NCBI GenBank assembly: GCA_051362555.1
Contig: CM120646.1
Coordinates: 8,742,001 to 8,806,000 of the forward strand
Reading direction: 5' to 3'
DNA from: Lingula anatina
Lineage: Eukaryota; Animalia; Brachiopoda
DNA: 64,000 nucleotides
Made by a program: the position numbers and the translations under genes. Positions 1 through 12,679 of this stretch are shown one piece after another (the stretch's first letter is position 1; each line of letters starts with the position of its first letter). The notes beneath the pieces are model-generated. The model did no database searches. It was given only the letters and a program-made list of their open reading frames with translations, and was not told the DNA's origin.

Positions 1-1
1 T

Positions 2-190
2 CAAGTCCAGGGTCAAATGGCTGTGTACAACATTCATAAGTAAGATTTTGTTTTGTGCACAGAAAAGGATCTCTTCATTGAATCTGTTCTGTTTGATGCT
101 GTTCATTGGGCATCTGTGGTTCCTAAACTGACCAGTTTTTACAAGACATTCATTTTGACAGAGTTGGTGGACGCTACTATTAAACATTTT
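2..190 (+). pseudogene. YqaJ-like (lambda exonuclease family) C-terminal fragment with in-frame stop
   Basis: Reads QVQGQMAVYNIHK*DFVLCTEKDLFIESVLFDAVHWASVVPKLTSFYKTFILTEL, matching the QVQGQM...DFV...IE.I.FD..W...PKL..FY...L.EL pattern of TE-borne YqaJ proteins. Confidence 0.75.
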
Positions 191-996
191 TCTTTTTCAT
201 TCAAAAATTCAAGCTTTATTCTATACATGCATTTAATACCAAACTGAGAATATGTGCAATATTATTCTGCATTGTGATCTTGGGTTGTGAAAATCGTTAG
301 TGTTTTATTTTCATGCTGTTATAATAATCCCTGCATGATAATAGTCCTTTTTTTTTGAAAATATTTTTTCTTTTGTGTATTTAACATGGATATAAATATT
401 AAATAACGCTGTGATAAAGTAAAGGTTTTAAAATATGGTTGTATTAGATGGTGCTATTATATAGGTTTTACCGGAATACAGTAGAATGGAAATGCTTCTC
501 AGGAGTGAACTTTCATTTTCTTAGACTAAATTTTTATTTTATTTATCAGTTGATGCAGGATTCAAGTGCAATTTGTATATATTTTATGTATTTAGCAGTG
601 CAATGGATATTTAATTACTTTGTGATATAGAAATGTTTTTAATTAACTTGGTCTCAGATGATGGTGCTTTAAATTAACATTTCCCATGTAGGTTGGTTTT
701 ATTTTACTCAGGTCTAAGATCTTATATACCGTTTATTAGATTTAGCTCAGGTGTTAATGTGCAGCTTTTTTAGATTAATTTTAATTGGAAGATGGCACGA
801 TGCTAGTGCATTTACAGGTACTAGTACAGTAATTTATTTGCAAACTTGGACATGCAACAGCTCAGCAGTGAACAAATCAAATATGTCTTTGTGATTTTTG
901 TTTTACTTTTCTAAATAAAGCGATGAAAGAAAGTAAATTTGCTGTGATTAGCTTCTTCAATATAATTTTTCTAGCCCTACTCTCCGCCGTTTCGAC

Positions 997-1308
997 CTAT
1001 GTCGCACTTGAAATACTGTTTAGCCGTTTGCGTGACTTTGGTAAATCAGCTGATGGTACTGCATCAATAGACATACATGTACTATCTTTCCTGTTTGGCT
1101 TCCCGGATTGGAAGTGACAGCCACAGACTTTGAAGTTGTCAGTTATATCTTTTGATGAAATGTTCGCACGACCAGCGGCACTAATCCATAGCAATGTCGA
1201 ACGTCTGTCCTTTGGAAATACAAAAAAAAAACAAAACCTACAAACATTTTCTTTTCTACCTCTCCGGTGGCTGCAGTTATACACACAGCAGTTGTCTTGA
1301 CCACCCAT
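997..1308 (-). pseudogene. THAP zinc-finger domain, truncated (probable transposase N-terminus)
   Basis: CCVYNC...FVFP...W...R...VCGCHF...DAVPS gives the C2CH signature plus AVP box; the ORF stops just after the domain. Confidence 0.8.
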
Positions 1309-1621
1309 TACCGATAAATGCAAAGAGCAGGAGATCTACTTTACATCGTTACAGCCGTCCATGAAGGCCCCCTTCTACTCTTGCCCCCTGAGAAACAGTC
1401 CCGCACAAAATGGCGCGAACTGCGCATGCTCACGATTTCGTGGAAAACACTCTATTGGTACTTTTAAAACTTTCATACATAGCGTTGTATTAATTCAATC
1501 AGAGGAAACCATTGTGTGATAAAATTCATACATGGGAAGCCAAGTTGTATAAGTAGCTTCAGATAGTACACTGTACTTCACACCTTGCGGTTGAAACTTT
1601 AATGCCCTTTGTTTCGAAGTC

Positions 1622-1996
1622 TGTAATCTGTTAGAGCTTGGTTATTGCAAGGAGTTACAGTATAACAGAAGGTTCTGTTATAACTCCTTGGTTATTGGTA
1701 GTGCCCACCATGAGGGGGTGGACTTGTGTCTGAAGTAACCAATCAGTTTTAAAGTTATGTGATGGACAGTTTAACTGATAAAGTTAAGTATAAAAATCTG
1801 TAAACTTAAATCTAGGGGGAGAGTAATACCCCGGTATGTAGAAGTGAGACTGGATAGAAGAGAGAGGGGCTTGTACCATGTAACTGTTAGTGTAGAAAAA
1901 TATATTCTGTTGAAGTTACAACATGGAGTTGTTTCATTCTTTTCCGTGTGCAGAGTTTAAGTCAAGGGACCTGGGAATCTCTGTAGCAGTATTACA
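1622..1996 (+). mobile_element. Possible solo LTR
   Basis: TGTAAT...ATTACA ends with a ~15-bp imperfect inverted match, CCAAT near 1739 and TATAAAA near 1789. No matching TSD found. Confidence 0.35.
1648..1690. mobile_element. 43-bp hairpin mini-MITE with CA..TG ends and 7-bp TSD (P-element-like)
   Basis: GTTATTG|CAAGGAGTTA(CAGTA)TAACAGAA-GG-TTCTGTTATAACTCCTTG|GTTATTG. Confidence 0.7.
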
Positions 1997-3356
1997 GATA
2001 GCGTTATCCAAAGACGTGAGCCCATTGTGCCCAAACCCTAGGGTTTATCATAAAGAGCTATTTAATGTAATGTGGGGCCTCGGGATGGTCTAAAGAAGGG
2101 TTCCCCACAACCTGTACAAATGAATGGGAAGCGGACTCACTGTCATGGGGGACTCTCTGTCACGTTACACCGTATTATCGGACAGGATAGACTTTGTGCT
2201 TGCGGATCAGTGCAGAGAAGCATGTGCTGGTTCGTACGATATCGTTTGTCCATGGTAAAATGGGACTTTCGCGTTTTCTGGCAAGGAAAGCATTTGTGTA
2301 ACGTCTCTAAAACGCCTGAGGAAAATGCTTTTTATGTACAGACACAGATGTGTCTGTACATATAGCCGTCACCTGCGTCTGTCGTCGCCGTCGCCGTCGC
2401 CGTTAATGTCGCCGTCGCCTTCGCCGACGCCGTTGGCGTGCACTTTTACCGTAAACACGATAAGTGTAAAACGGTTTTACCTTTTGATTTGAAACTTACA
2501 GCACTGATGAATATTCATAATACGCAGGTCAAGTTCGAAAATCAGCATGATCAGGCCATTTTTAGGGAAGTTATGCTTTTTTTCACTTTTTTCAGCATAT
2601 ATTCAACACCGTAAACACGATAAGTGGAAAACCGTTTTACCTTTTGGCTTGAAACTTACAGAAATGATGAATATCCATAATACGCAGGTCAAGTTCGAAA
2701 ATCAGCATGATCGGGCCATTTTTAGGGAAGTTATGTTTTTTTTTCACTTTTTTCAGCATATATTCAACACCGTAAACACGATAAGTGTAAAACGGTTTTT
2801 CCTTTTGATTTGAAACTTACAAAACTGATGAATATTTATAATGCGCAGGTCAAGTTCGAAAATCAGCGTCATCAGGCCATTTTTATGGAAGTTATGCTGT
2901 TTTGTCACTTTTTTTCAGCATATATGCAAACCTGATAACACGAAAAGTAAAAAACTGCTTTACTTTTTTGCTTGAAAATTATAGAACTGGTGAATATTCA
3001 TAATATGCAGGTCAAGTTCGAAAATCAGCATGATCAAGCCACTTTTATGGAAGTTATGCCGTTTTTTTTAAATTTTTTTTCAGCATATACATATGCAACA
3101 CTGATAACACAATATAAGAAAAACAGATAGGCCAATTGTCATTGTACTCACAGGAGTGGTCAATCTTACTAAAACTCAGGTTGATTTCGAAAATCAGCAT
3201 AATTGGGCCATTATTTTAGAAGTTCTGCTTTTTTTTCACATTTCCTCAGATTCAATTCTTAGACATATTAATAGTCTCATTATTGAACTAATAAGAAATG
3301 TAAAAGTGTTTGTTTGACATTTCCTGCATCTTTACAACAGTGTTAGTTGATTATGT

Positions 3357-5327
3357 AACAAGGCAGCAAAGCTGTCAAATGTACAGGCAAAAAGCAGGAA
3401 AAAACAAAATAGGGCACTGTCAATTCTGATGCAAAAGTACATTATGTTAAACTGCAAATTCAACATCAAATTTTAATTATGCTTAACAGGTAATTCCAAA
3501 GTAAAATGTGTAACAAGCATAAGGCTTCAGGCCCATGGGAGTTCAAGTTCACACTTTGAAAATGTATAACTTCCAGAAAAAGAATCTAATTAGACTGCTC
3601 TTCCAACTCAGGCTGCATGCCGATTTTCGAACTTGACCTGCGTTTTGGTAAGATGGATTTTTCCTGTGAGTTTCATGACAACAGGCCTATCGGTTTTCCT
3701 TGAAATGTGTTTACAGTGTTGCATATATGCTGGAAAGTGAAAAAAACAGCATAACTTCTACAATAATGGCCCAATCATGCTGATTTTCAAACTTGACCTA
3801 CGTTTTATGAATATTCATCAGCTCTGTAAATATAAAGCCAGAAAGTAAAACTGCCTTCCACTTATCGTGTTTACAAGGAAAGTGCATGGTGACGACGGCG
3901 ACACCGACGACGACAGCGACACCGGCGAGGACAGAAGCAGGTGATGGCAATATGTACAGACACATTTGTGTCTGTACATAAAAATGCCAAAATGTATACA
4001 AGACAGTACCGTTTCAACATGGTTTATTTCCATTTTTAACACTTTTTTAACATAAAACAAAATTAGCATTTTACTGCCATTTTTATATGATCAACTTAGA
4101 AAATTGATGAGATGTGAAAAATATCAGTAGAACAGTGTTAAATGTCCAATTTCTTCCATTCTGAGATTCTGAACATAGTGAATGATTGAATCTGACAAAC
4201 TGCAATGATATGAGTTTATTTCCATTTTTGACACTCTATTACACAATACACGATAATAAGTTTACCATCATTTTTAAAAAATCAACTAACAATGTTATAA
4301 AGATGAAGGAAATGTCAAACAAACACTTTTACATATCTTATTAGTTCAATAATGAGCCTGTTTACATGCCTAAGAATTGAATCTGAGGAAATGTGAAACA
4401 AGACAGCACTGTTCTGAAATGGGTTTTTCCCCATCTTTAACAATTTTTTTACATAAAACAAAATTAACAGTTTACTGCCATTTTTATATGATCAACTAAG
4501 AAAATTGATGAGATGAGAAGAATATCAATAGAATAGTGTTAAATGCCCAATTGCTTCCATTCTGAGATTCTGAACATACTGAATGATTGAATCTGACAAA
4601 CTGCAATGATATGAGTTTATTTCCATTTTTGACACTTTATTACACAATATACGATAACAAGTTTACCAAAAGTTTTATATTATCAACTAACAATGTTGTA
4701 AAGATGCAGGAAATGTCATATAAACACTTTTATGTATCTTATTAGTTAAATAATAAGACTGTTAACATGCCTAAGAATTGAATTTGAGGAAATGTGAAAA
4801 AACAGCATAACTTCTAAAACAATGACCTGATTATGCTAATTTTCAAACTCAACCTGCATTTTAGTAAGATTGACCACTCCTGTGAGTTTAATGACAATTT
4901 GCCGATCTGTTTTTCATATATTGTGTTTACAGTGTTGCATATATGCTAAAAAGTGAAAAAACAGCATAACTACTAAAATAGTGGCCTGATCATGCCGATT
5001 TTCGAACTTGACCTGCATTTTAGTAAGATTGATTACTCCTGTGAGTTTCATGACAACAGGCCTATCGGTTTTCCTTAAAATGTGTTAACAGGGTTGCATA
5101 TATGCTGAAAAGTGAAAAAACAGCATAACTTCTACAATAATGGCACGATCATGCTGATTTTCGAACTTGACCTGTGTTTTATGAATATTCAACAGCTCTG
5201 TAAATATAAAGCCAAAAAGTAAAACTGCCATCCACTTATCGTGTTAACAAGGAAAGTGCACGGCGACGGCGACGACAGACGCAGGTGATGGCAATATGTA
5301 CAGACACATCTGTGTCTGTACATAAAA
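3357..5327 (-). mobile_element. Two tandem family A copies inserted in reverse orientation into a family A element
   Basis: 3' end AACAAGGCAGCAAAGCTGTC at 3357; 5' hairpin ends near 3983 and 5327; inserted in an A-run (TT on the other strand) with no TSD. Confidence 0.75.
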
Positions 5328-7123
5328 ATGATGGTAAACTTGTTATCGTGTATTGTGTAATGAAGGGTCAAAAATGGAAATAAACACATATCATTGCAGT
5401 TTGTCAGATTCAATCATCCTCTATGTTCAGAATCTCAGAATGGAGGAAATTGGACATTTAACACTGTTCTATTGATATTTTCCCCATCTCATCAATTTTC
5501 TTAGTTGGTCATATAAAAATGGCAGTAAACTGTTAATTTTGTTTTATGTTAAAAAGTGTTAAAAATGGAAAAAAACCCATTTCAGAAAGTGCTGTCTTGT
5601 TTACATTTTGGCATTTTCAAGATGTGACTTTGAAGTTTCATTGGCCTGAAGACCTTTGCTAGTCACATTTTCTGAATATCCATGATACTAATATTTTATT
5701 ATTAAAAATTGATGGTCATTATGCTGTTAAACATTATGTAATATTGCATCAAAATTTGAAAAAAAACCTATTTTGGGCACTGCTCCCATGATGAAAAACC
5801 ATGTCACTTACTGTTCTCAAACTTACAGGAAAGAAACATGGAACTAAAATACAGTTTCATTAGGCAATGCAGTCTGTTTGGTAATTCTGTCTGGCAGTTA
5901 AACAGTTTTTTTGTGAAATTTTAATTTTTCACATATTGGCATTTTCAAGGTGTGACTTTGAAGTTCCATGATCCTGAAGACCTTTGCTTGTCACGTTTTC
6001 TGAATGTCCATGTTACTAATATTCTATTATTAAAAATTGATGGTCATTATGCTGTTAAACATTATGTAATGTTGCATTAAAATTTGAAGAAACCCCTATT
6101 TTGGGCACTGCTCCCATGATGACCATTTAAGGAAAATCATGTCACTTACTGTTCTCAAACTTACAGGAAAGAAACATGGGACTAAAATACAGCTTCAGTA
6201 GGCAATGCAGTCTGTTTCGTAAATTTTTCTGGCAATTAAACAGTTTTTTGTGAAATTTTAATTTTTCACTTATTGGCATTTTCAAGGTGTGACTTAGAAC
6301 CTCCACGACTTGAAGACCCATGCTAGTCACATTTTCTGAAAATCCATGATACGTATATTTTATTTTTAAAAATTGATGGTCATTATGCTGTTAAGCATTA
6401 TGTCATGTTGCATCAAAATAAAGGAAAACACAATTTTGGTGCTGTTGCCATGATGACCATTATGGGAAAACTGTGTAACTTATGACTGTCAAACTTTCAA
6501 AAAAGAAACACAGGACTAAAATGCAGCCCGAGTTGGAAAAGCAGTCTAATTGGCTTCTTTTTCTGGAAGTTATACATTTTAGTGAAATATTCATTATTAT
6601 CTTTTTGGCATATTCATTGTGGGACTCGGAGCTCCCATGGACATGAAGCCGAATGGTAATCAAATTTTCTACATGTCCATGCTATTTATAGTCAATAATC
6701 AAAAATTGGTGATAATTATTCTATAATTTATTATGTAATGTTACATCAAAATTGACAAAAATCTTTTTGCACTGCTACTGCAAACATTATGAAAAGAAAA
6801 CTGTGTTACTTATTATTATTTTAACTTACAAGTATGATTTTTAGGATTGGCATGCAGTTCAAATTAGAAAGTCAGGTCAATTGGGTTATCTTTTATTATT
6901 GAATTTATGCAATTTTGTGTGAAATTTGCATCAGAATTGGTAGTCTCCTATTTTGTGCATTATTGTTTTGTGCTTTTCTTAAGATGTGACTTATGGGCCT
7001 GAAAGACCTTTGAGAGGGTCAGTCTGTAAATTTCCCTTGGGTATCACTTAGTTAAGTTCAGAGTTATAAAGTCATTTGCCTAATTAATAGGCCATTAAAT
7101 GAGATAACATAAAGCACACTTGT

Positions 7124-7125
<2 letters not shown>

Positions 7126-7186
<61 letters not shown>
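7126..7186. repeat. (TA)n microsatellite inside family A
   Basis: About 30 TA units; homologous tracts near 12622-12675 and 46090-46133. Confidence 0.95.
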
Positions 7187-7189
<3 letters not shown>

Positions 7190-7233
7190 AACTCGAAGAT
7201 TAAAAGTTTGAATAGCAGCTTCATTAGAATTCT

Positions 7234-7450
7234 ATTTACCTCTGCCAAGGAGGTTATGTTTTCACCCCTGTTTGTACTCAAAAAGTTACTGACCGATTTT
7301 GATGAAATTTTCAGGAACTGTCAGAAGTGGGCAAGGAGGACAATGATTAGTTTTTGGTGGTGGTCCGGATCAATAATCAATCAATAATCAATAATAATCA
7401 ACAATTGCTGTCTTGGCAGAGGTCTGCGCTCTCGGAGTGCTTTTCTAGTT
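7234..7450 (+). mobile_element. Short Helentron-like passenger element (family C); second copy at 12358-12575 on -
   Basis: TTTACCTCTGCCAAGGAGGTTATGTTTTC...CTTGGCAGAGGTCTGCGCTCTCGGAGTGCTTTTCTAGTT: subTIR CCTCTGCCAAG/CTTGGCAGAGG, 3' hairpin and CTAG end. Confidence 0.7.
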
Positions 7451-8171
7451 TTGTTATGTTTTCCTTTTTAATTTTTCCTCAAACAATGGCATTTGTGACT
7501 TTTAACGCTCATCCGCCTGAGGCTCTGCACATTTTCTGTATTTCCACATAAGAAGTTGTTTTGTTTTTATGTCTTTAAACATTATGTAATCTTATTTTAT
7601 GCACTGTCATCATTTTTCAAATATTGAGACTTCATCAAGTGAATTTGAACTCTTTGGTCCTGAAACTGTAATCTTATCGTAGGGGTGGATTGAGACCATC
7701 TTCTGGGTCTTCCGGAAGACGGTCAGGTTATTAAATTTATATTGACTGCTATCTATTTTTTTCTGTTAGAAGACCATAAAAATGGAGGATGGATCAACAT
7801 AGATACTTTGGAATACTGTCAGAAAATATCTCTGGGTCCGCTCCTATTAGTGACCATGGTACCAGTTGTGCATGATTAAAATTCAGTGTTGACTGACAGT
7901 GCTATTATAAGCATTATTTATTATTGCATCAAAATTGACAAAAGGACCTATTTTGCATCTTTATTTTCTGTTTTTAGTCTGTACATTTGACAGCTTTGCT
8001 GCCTTGTTCCAAAAATTTTATTTCAAAGCATATTGATGAAAAGACCACCTAAGACTGAAAGCAAGGCGTTCTTCACACAGTGTAAGTGTGCAATTTGAGT
8101 AGTTGAGATATGCATGCAGCACACAATAGTACTGCATTGGATCCCACCTAAGATTAGAAATTGTGATATAA

Positions 8172-8380
8172 GACCGCATTCCAACGGATTTAGATCGATC
8201 CATCTGGATCTACCTAACTCTCTGGGGGTTCACGCTAAATTGCTGTCAGCCGAGCACGCACGGAAGTCAATTACCCCCTTACAGCTTTTAGTAGGCGGGA
8301 CAGACATTTAAGCCGGCTAAGCTGACAGTAATCTAGTGAGACTCCCCACGGGGATAGATCGATCTAAAATCAATGGGAAA
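8172..8380 (+). mobile_element. ~210-bp Tourist/Harbinger-type MITE (family T), right end damaged
   Basis: TAA|GACCGCATTCC..GATTTAGATCGATC; homologous to 14072-14280, 38699-39789 and 41177-41390. Confidence 0.75.
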
Positions 8381-8545
8381 TTAATATCTGGGGAATCACA
8401 TTTAGAGAGAACGCTCGGGAGAGTTAAGAAAACGAACGCGAGTTTTGGGAGAGGATTCAAAAGATTGCACCTACTGTACATGTAGAACATGTACATGTAG
8501 GTAGCGAGCGTCAACAAATAAACCATTAAACTGGTCATAATGTTC

Positions 8546-8646
8546 CCCCTACCTGGGCCACAGATTAACTTTTCACATGATATTCACAGATATATCTCTG
8601 GCTTTTCCCATTTTTCCCTATAGAATCTGCCACCCTGGTAGAGGGA
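8546..8646. mobile_element. Small TIR element related to 40531-40961
   Basis: CCCTACC...TGGTAGAGGG ends; shares GATATTCACAGATA with the larger copy. Confidence 0.45.
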
Positions 8647-9300
8647 AGTCATTATAGGTTTTTGGGTTTTCTTTCAGCGACTTTAAATCTGAAACGAACT
8701 GTGGAATTTCGGATTGCGTTTTGCGCGGTATAAAATGTTTTCATATTACAGGAAGTAACACCAGTATCTTAGCTTATTCATTTTGGTTGTTATCATCCAC
8801 TCGTTTTTCATCGTATTTGTTGCTTACTTTACAGTTTTATTGTACATTGATAGGATTTCATAATCGGCGGACATAAATTACGTTATACCGACTTTTATCC
8901 GGGTCTCTCGCTGCTTACGTACAGGTTCTTTTTCTCGACACTGAACTATTTTCAGTTTAGCTGCAGATACAAGGAACTGCTCATTTAGTCCACCCCTAAA
9001 GCCACCGTTTTTTAGGTTCCTTGCGGGCTAGGACGTAGCTAGATCGCAGGGAAAGAATCAAGTAATTAGTGAAAAGTTTGCGTCCTCCAAAAGTCGAACG
9101 ATGGACGTGCTCCTCACGCACGAACTCCCACGTTTTCGCCATTTTTTTTTGGCCGTAGACCACACGTAACAGCCTGTACGTTCGGTTGGGACCTAGGCTT
9201 AACAGAGCAATGTTTTCTACACTTTCAGTTTTTTCATAACTCCACGAAATGAAGCGAGACATTTCAACCGAATTACAATTACTTCCTTATAACACTCTGA

Positions 9301-9917
9301 AGCCCCCGTCACATTTATTCGGAATCAGCAGGAATCAAGCAGAACCAGCTGGAATGACTAAATTAAAAAAATTCGTTCTACATTCGGGAAGAAATTTCAA
9401 ATTGACGTAAAATTTCGGCTGTATTAGCTCTCAAATGCAGCTCGAATGTAGTAGGAAAACTAGGAATATCAATAATGCTGGCAGAATGCAGTCAGAATAT
9501 TTAGAATGCACTTGGAATGCCGTACGAGTGTAGTTCGATTGCTGGCTGAAATAAGATCGAGATGCATTCGAGTTGCATTCTGGCTCATTCTAGCAGGATT
9601 TGAAGTGTCTTGCCATTTCGGTTCTCCCTCGAATGTGATCAGAATGTTTCCAATGCTGTCGGAACGCCGTGAGAATATTTAGAATGCAGTCATAGTGCAG
9701 TTAGAATACTATTCAAATGCCATTCGATAATTTTCCACTTAGAATGCACTTCGAAAGTTTTTAACATGAGCCAAACATTCGGGCCGGCCACAAGAATGGG
9801 TAAAAATATTTGGAATGCACTCGGAATTTTTAGAATGCTCTTCGAATATCCAGGAACGCACAAAGAATTGCTTCCGGCGGCATTATTGCACATTCCTCCT
9901 CTAGTGTGACGGGGGTA
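9301..9917. mobile_element. Harbinger-type MITE with 3-bp TGA TSD
   Basis: TGA|AGCCCCCGTCACA...TGTGACGGGGGTA|TGA; the interior is dense in GAATG/CATTC motifs. Confidence 0.75.
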
Positions 9918-12079
9918 TGATCACTGGAATCCTCATCCTGAAGATATCTATGGATTCCACATGTGCATGTAACTTAGACATGAAACCTTAGAAATTATAT
10001 ATACATTATCATTTTGTTAATGCAGCAACGGTCCAGCCCTGGATTGTGTGATTTTAATGAAAAGGTTTTAAACTAAGGCATGAGCCGACCCCCCCCCCCC
10101 CACACACACACAAACACACACTCACAACATACATCTGTTTTTGAATGAATAAATGAATAAAAAGAAAGCTTTAAAAGGAAACAATCAAACGTATTTCCAC
10201 TGCACATTTGTTCGGGAATAATGCGCTCTCGATATTCTGTAGCACAAATGACCGCGCCGAACTGGAAGCTGAGGATGCATGCACTTGCGGTTTATAATGC
10301 GGTGCTCGCCACAAGTGTAGGCCCTATTTACGATCTGTCTAAATACAAAATTTACTATCATTTTCTTCCGGAAATTGGTCAATATTTCGAGGGAGGCTGG
10401 TTGAAGATTCTGTAGTTTTTGTCGTTTTTCTTATCCATTTGCACGAAAAAAAAAAAAAAAAAAAAAAATCCAGTGACCAGTCCGTTCTCATTCAGATCTG
10501 ACAGTGTTTTAATCATATTTTATCCTGGGCCTTCAACCAGTTGTTTTAAGTTTGGATATCGCTATTAGTTTCCTGGCAATATTCATATTTCCTTTTGATT
10601 TTGCATTTTATGCAGCCTCTTCGTCAGTCAGTTTTTCCCGTACCTATTTTCTAGTCAATTTCCTAATTGCTGATATTTTGACGGTCAAAATTCGGCTCCA
10701 TGTTGCCATTTGGTGTAATGTAAGAACGCTGATGACAGACGTGATATGAAGAGCGCGTCAATAACATAACTCAATTTTCATGTTTAATTAGAGGTTATTG
10801 AATAAGATATTTTTGTTTTCCATATAAAGTAATTATTTGCTTTTATATATTTATCTATTGAACGTAGCCAGTAACATAAACATTGTAGCCTCAGACCGTG
10901 TCCCTGTACCAGTGTCCATATCAGCACACGAGACTCTTATTCAAAGGGGAAAAGTTTCAAGATTGAGTGTGGGAAATGAAATTCTTGAGATAGTCTATAC
11001 AGTGGGTGTGTACGCGTACGTGTTTCATTAACATCGGTATTTAGGTGTGATGTTTATAATTTTTAATTTCTGAAATTAAATGATAATAAATAATAAAAAA
11101 TGAATTTTAACAATCTGCTAAGACTCTGAATGTAGCAAAAAATATTTTCCTCCAGATAATTTTGTATATTTATGTGTCTTGATGTTCTTAAGTATTTGTC
11201 TCTTTTTCCTGTAAAGTCTACTGACCATTTTAAATGGATTTTACACTTAAAATGCATATATTATTAAATATATAATAATACAGTCTGCTGGTCAAACACG
11301 TCAACAACTGCTCATTGGACCATTTTAGGACAGCCAGTGATCTTCAACGGTAGGATAGCCAGTGACCTACATAATGACGCGACATTTTGGGGAGTGTTAG
11401 GGTCTGGGATTTTCCTTTTTTGTGGTATATTTCAAAATATTTTAAGTACTAATGCGTCGTGTGTAATTTTTCATTGATTTATATTAAACGGAGTTTCACC
11501 TGTCAGTTACTGAAGAGTATTGAATACAAAAAGCGCCCAATTCGGCCTGCCTCCTCCCCCTGTGAATATAATAGACCTTACAATTCAGAAAGAGAGGTCA
11601 TTTCTTCAGTTCTGAGAGACCAGGGAGTGGAGACGAAGCGGTCAAAAAACTAAGTATAAAAATATTCAAATTTCAAACGATTCAGTGCAACATTTTAAGA
11701 AAATTTGTTTTGACATTTGATAATACCTTATTTGTGATTAGTCTTTGTAAAGTTTTTAACATCTGCATGTTTAAAAGTAGATTTGGCCATTCCCACTACA
11801 CTCCCAACGTAACATTTTCCTTCCTCTTTAACATCATCCATGCATGTCCCAAAATATGAAAACTACAGCATCGCCTTTTGTAAACTTAATTAAATTTTGT
11901 ATGTAGAAACAATGACAGGCAAAATTTGTTCTTGAGAATATAGCCAAGCAGGGATAAATGCTGTGTAGTGACCCTTAAAAATCCTAGTTATTATGACCTG
12001 TTTGTCACTGTTTTCAATGTAAACGTAGAGACAAAAGTTAAGCATATCAATGTTTTATACTCCTATATACTCAGTACGT

Positions 12080-12620
12080 TTAGGTTCTTGTGTCCAGAAG
12101 ACCCAGAAGATGGTCTCAATCCATCCCTTCAATAAGATTACAGTTTCAGGACCATAGAGTTCAAATTCACATGATGAAAGTCCCAATATTTGAAAAATGA
12201 TGACAGTGCATAAAATAATATTACATAATGTTTAAAGACATAAAAACCAATACAACTGCTTATGTGGAAATACAGAAAATGTGCAGAGCCTCAGGCGGAT
12301 GGGAGTTAAAAGTCACAAATTCCAGTGTTTAAGAAAAATTAATAAGGAAAACATAACAAAACTAGAAAAGCACTCTGAGAGCGCAGACCTCTGCCAAGGC
12401 AGCAATTTTTTATCATTATTAATTATTGATAGATTATTGATTCGAACCACCACTAAAAACTAATCATTGTCCTCTTTGACCCACTTCTGACAGTTCCTGA
12501 AAATGTCATCAAAATTGTTCCATAACTTTTTGAGTTATGTTGATGACAGACAAACATAACCTTGGCAGAGGTAAATATAATTCCAATGAAGCTGCTATTC
12601 AAACTTTTAATCTTTGAGTT

Positions 12621-12679
<59 letters not shown>

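Larger units (their letters stand above)
1..1453. mobile_element. Right part of a decayed ISL2EU-like (PHIS group) DNA transposon with convergent YqaJ and THAP remnants
   Basis: A YqaJ C-terminus on + (2-190) converges on a THAP ORF on - (997-1308). The putative terminus reads AT|AGAGTGTTTTCC on the minus strand (RR end, AT at 1454-1455), with AAAATGGCG and TGCGCATGC motifs subterminally. No DDE domain seen; the other end is outside the window. Confidence 0.55.
2329..8008 (+). mobile_element. Helentron/HINE-like non-autonomous element, family A, full length (~3.7 kb), interrupted by inverted self-copies
   Basis: 5' end TTTT-ATGTACAGACAC..GTGTCTGTACATA hairpin, (GTCGCC)n microsatellite, ~160-bp tandem units (GAAACTTACA at 2491, 2651, 2812). 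3' end GTCTGTACAT subTIR, CAGCTTTGCTG hairpin, CTTGTT. The sequence resumes seamlessly across 3358-5325. Confidence 0.75.

Noticed and set aside
997-1323. THAP ORF as a host THAP transcription factor gene
   Set aside because: The adjacent TE-like terminus and convergent YqaJ remnant favour a transposon origin.
7681-7846. hAT-like insert with TAGG ends inside family A
   Set aside because: Short imperfect TIR and no 8-bp TSD.
8900-9262. CpG-rich patch with AAAATGGCG start and a gtaag donor as a first exon
   Set aside because: The frame has stops, no domain was recognised and no downstream exons were found; probably a TE fragment.
10170-11830. Possible Kolobok/Sola element with TTAA-flanked ends and a CxxHR..C.HP fragment
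   Set aside because: The ends do not form a convincing TIR pair and the protein similarity is too weak.
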